IMG/VR virus record: IMGVR_UViG_3300018877_000056
Coordinates: 1 to 56,571 of that record
DNA from: a virus
Taxonomy: Duplodnaviria; Caudoviricetes
Strand: one strand, 5' to 3'
DNA: 56,571 bases
This document shows positions 54,555-56,571 of the stretch, piece by piece (the first letter of the stretch is position 1; the number at the start of each line of letters is the position of its first letter). Below the pieces are notes generated by a model, which searched no databases, had not been told where the DNA came from, and saw only the letters and a list, made by a program, of their open reading frames with translations. A program made the translations under genes and the position numbers.

Positions 54555-54782
54555 ATGAGTCGCCGCCGCTCACAGGAATTGCCGATTGATCTCTTCCGAA
54601 AGATCGAGGGTCCAGATCTTCTGAAGGCCCTTGGCGATGTCCGGCATAGGCTCACCCGATCCCGAATCCCCCTGGGCTCGCCCGACTACCACGTTGCTCA
54701 AGCCATCATCGACCGGATCGATGACATGGCCGAGCTTTTGACCGGGAGCCGTGAGCACTTTCATCTAAAAATGCACAGCTAG
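54555..54782 (+). CDS. Small hypothetical protein, probably SOS-regulated
   Basis: GGGAG RBS; IDDMAELLTGSREHF. Confidence 0.6.
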   Translation: MSRRRSQELPIDLFRKIEGPDLLKALGDVRHRLTRSRIPLGSPDYHVAQAIIDRIDDMAELLTGSREHFHLKMHS

Positions 54783-54901
54783 GCCTGTGAACTATGAGGA
54801 TATCGAGTGTAAGCCTCTTTATGCCTAGTCCCTGTGAAACTCGTCACACGAGGCTCTGTTTCCGTGTTCGTCGGGGGCGTAATGGGACATGGAGTTGGGC
54901 G

Positions 54902-55129
54902 ATGGGACGCCGCTACTTCTACCACCTGACCGATGGTACAAGCCTGATTATCGACCGCGAAGGACGGCGGTTTTCCTCAAGGCTACGAGCAAAAGTCGAG
55001 GCTCTCAGCTATGCCGAGCGGACGATGCAGGAGGCCCCGCCCGGTGTTGACTGGACGGGCTGGCAGGTGAGCGTCCACGACGCCCGTGGGCATGCCATTG
55101 CGAACCTCCCGTTCCCGCAGGCCCTATAA
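54902..55129 (+). CDS. DUF6894-like small protein
   Basis: RYFYHLTDG...DREG...WQVSVHDARG. Confidence 0.7.
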   Translation: MGRRYFYHLTDGTSLIIDREGRRFSSRLRAKVEALSYAERTMQEAPPGVDWTGWQVSVHDARGHAIANLPFPQAL

Positions 55130-55321
55130 ATTCCTACAGTGTCGGATGAAACAATATAGGCGTAGCGTCTCAATGCGCGGCCCGGATGACGAGTCCAGGG
55201 CGGGGTAGGGAGGTCGGCTGGCGTCATGAACCAGCCGTGAAAGCACCAGCTATTCTTCCCGTGCCGGGCGACCGGCCCGCGCGCCTTGCTCCCAAGCGGC
55301 AGGGTTTTGTATGTAGGTGGC

Positions 55322-55996
55322 ATGAAACGCCGCCTTGCCTGCCTCTGTCTTCTCCTCCTTTCGTCCGCCGCCGCCGCTGAAACGCTCTCTGGCCGTGCCG
55401 AGGTGGTCGATGGCGATACCCTTGCCATCCAAGGAGCATCCTCCCGCATTCGCCTCTATGGCGTCGATGCGCCTGAGAGCCAGCAACCCTGTGAGGATGC
55501 CTCGGGCAAGCGCTACCTCTGCGGCTCAAAGGCGGCGGATGCGCTCAGTGCCCTGATCGGCAGGAACGGCCGCGTGACCTGCAAGGAGGAGGATCGCGAC
55601 CGCTATGGCCGCATCGTCGCGGTCTGCTCGGCTAACGGGCAGGAGCTCAATGCGGAGCTGGTCCGCCAGGGATGGGCGCTCGAATACAAGCAATACTCCG
55701 ATGGCCGCTATGCTGACGAGGAGGCCGAGGCCCGTAGGGCAAAGCGCGGCCTGTGGGCCGGTAAGTTCGCCGCTCCGTGGGAATGGAGGCGGGGTGAGCG
55801 GTTGCCGTCCGAGGCATCAACAGGATCGGACCGGAAATGCCCGATCAAGGGGAATATCTCAAGCTCAGGCAAGATCTATCACCTGCCGGACAGCAAGGAT
55901 TACGCTAAGACAACCATCAACGAGGCCGATGGCGAACGTTGGTTCTGTACTGAAGAGGAAGCCAAGGCGGCCGGGTGGCGGGCGCCGAGGCAATAA
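55322..55996 (+). CDS. Secreted thermonuclease (SNase-like)
   Basis: VVDGDT, IRLYGVDAPE, DRDRYGR; C-terminal CPIKGNI...WFCTEEEA. Confidence 0.9.
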   Translation: MKRRLACLCLLLLSSAAAAETLSGRAEVVDGDTLAIQGASSRIRLYGVDAPESQQPCEDASGKRYLCGSKAADALSALIGRNGRVTCKEEDRDRYGRIVAVCSANGQELNAELVRQGWALEYKQYSDGRYADEEAEARRAKRGLWAGKFAAPWEWRRGERLPSEASTGSDRKCPIKGNISSSGKIYHLPDSKDYAKTTINEADGERWFCTEEEAKAAGWRAPRQ

Positions 55997-56015
55997 ACAT
56001 CGTGGGGGCACGGTA

Positions 56016-56303
56016 ATGCGTAAGATTTTGATGATGGCTGTGGCCGGGATGGTGCTTGCCGGGCCGGTGGGTGCTGTCGGCACACCTCCGGAGCAGCCGG
56101 CCAAGCCAAGCGTGGAGCGCGTGAATGAGTTCGTGCTTGCGCAACGCAGGAGCTGCAAGGCTGCAAGCACCTGCGAAGAGGCCGTTGAGATGTGGTGCGG
56201 GGGCTACAGCCGGGCCGATGCCGACGACGATGGTATCCCTTGTGAGAACGTCTGCCGTTCCAGGTCGCAGGTCGATGCCATCAAGCAGCGGATCGGCTGC
56301 TGA
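56016..56303 (+). CDS. Excalibur calcium-binding domain protein
   Basis: Signal peptide; DADDDGIPCE. Confidence 0.75.
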   Translation: MRKILMMAVAGMVLAGPVGAVGTPPEQPAKPSVERVNEFVLAQRRSCKAASTCEEAVEMWCGGYSRADADDDGIPCENVCRSRSQVDAIKQRIGC

Positions 56304-56304
56304 T

Positions 56305-56571
56305 TTAGCTTCGGCGGCTCCTGGCTTCCTGAAGCCTTTCCACCGTCGCCTTGATCTCCTCAGCGGCCTTCAGGCCCCGGATGCCAACGACCCCACGGTC
56401 GATGGTCTTCCCGTCCTGATCCTTCCGGCCGTTGAAGAAGGCGTCCCTCTGCTCCTTGGACATCTTCAGGATGGTCCGGGCTTCTGTCTCAATGCGCCAT
56501 TCCTCAGACCAGGTGCTGACAGGCTGGCCGGTGAGTTCTGAGAGGGCAGTGGTGTCGCGGGAGTAGATCAT
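56305..56571 (-). CDS. Hypothetical protein
   Basis: TWSEEWRIETEAR...RG pattern; ORF at window edge. Confidence 0.55.
   Translation of the reverse strand: MIYSRDTTALSELTGQPVSTWSEEWRIETEARTILKMSKEQRDAFFNGRKDQDGKTIDRGVVGIRGLKAAEEIKATVERLQEARSRRS

Larger units (their letters stand above)
1..56571. mobile_element. Lambdoid/HK97-like siphovirus prophage (helper); ends probably lie just outside the window
   Basis: Complete ordered module set: integrase, recombination, immunity, replication, packaging, head, tail, lysis. Confidence 0.95.

Noticed and set aside
1-56571. tRNA/rRNA genes and helper attL/attR
   Set aside because: No cloverleaf or rRNA-like sequence recognised; window starts at the integrase stop and ends at an ORF start, so helper att sites are probably outside

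Overview
The whole window is a lambdoid/HK97-like siphovirus prophage of an alphaproteobacterium (Hyphomicrobiales-like gene content). It runs integrase/excisionase, ERF+YqaJ recombination arm, cI/cro/cII switch with operators, replication, NusG-type antiterminator, HNH-cos-terS-terL, protease-capsid, portal, neck, tail, GH108 lysis and right-end morons; its own att sites are not visible. The main feature is a 10,495-bp satellite (23033-33538) inserted inside the helper's protease-major capsid gene. It is flanked by the 11-bp direct repeat TTCCTGCGGCC, and removing it restores a 656-aa reading frame. The satellite encodes its own tyrosine integrase, Xis-like, PC4-like and Rep-like proteins with iterons, and a c4-type antisense control region. 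It also carries a selective structural kit (capsid, tail chaperone, HK97-gp10-like protein, and a tape-measure protein matching the helper's in length and ends) but no portal, TerL, protease or tail tube. It holds four cos-like units with the same architecture as the helper's putative cos: two copy this helper (one 39/40 identical) and two have different cores, suggesting a multi-helper packaging-signal cassette. Family assignments come from motif recognition by eye, not database searches.
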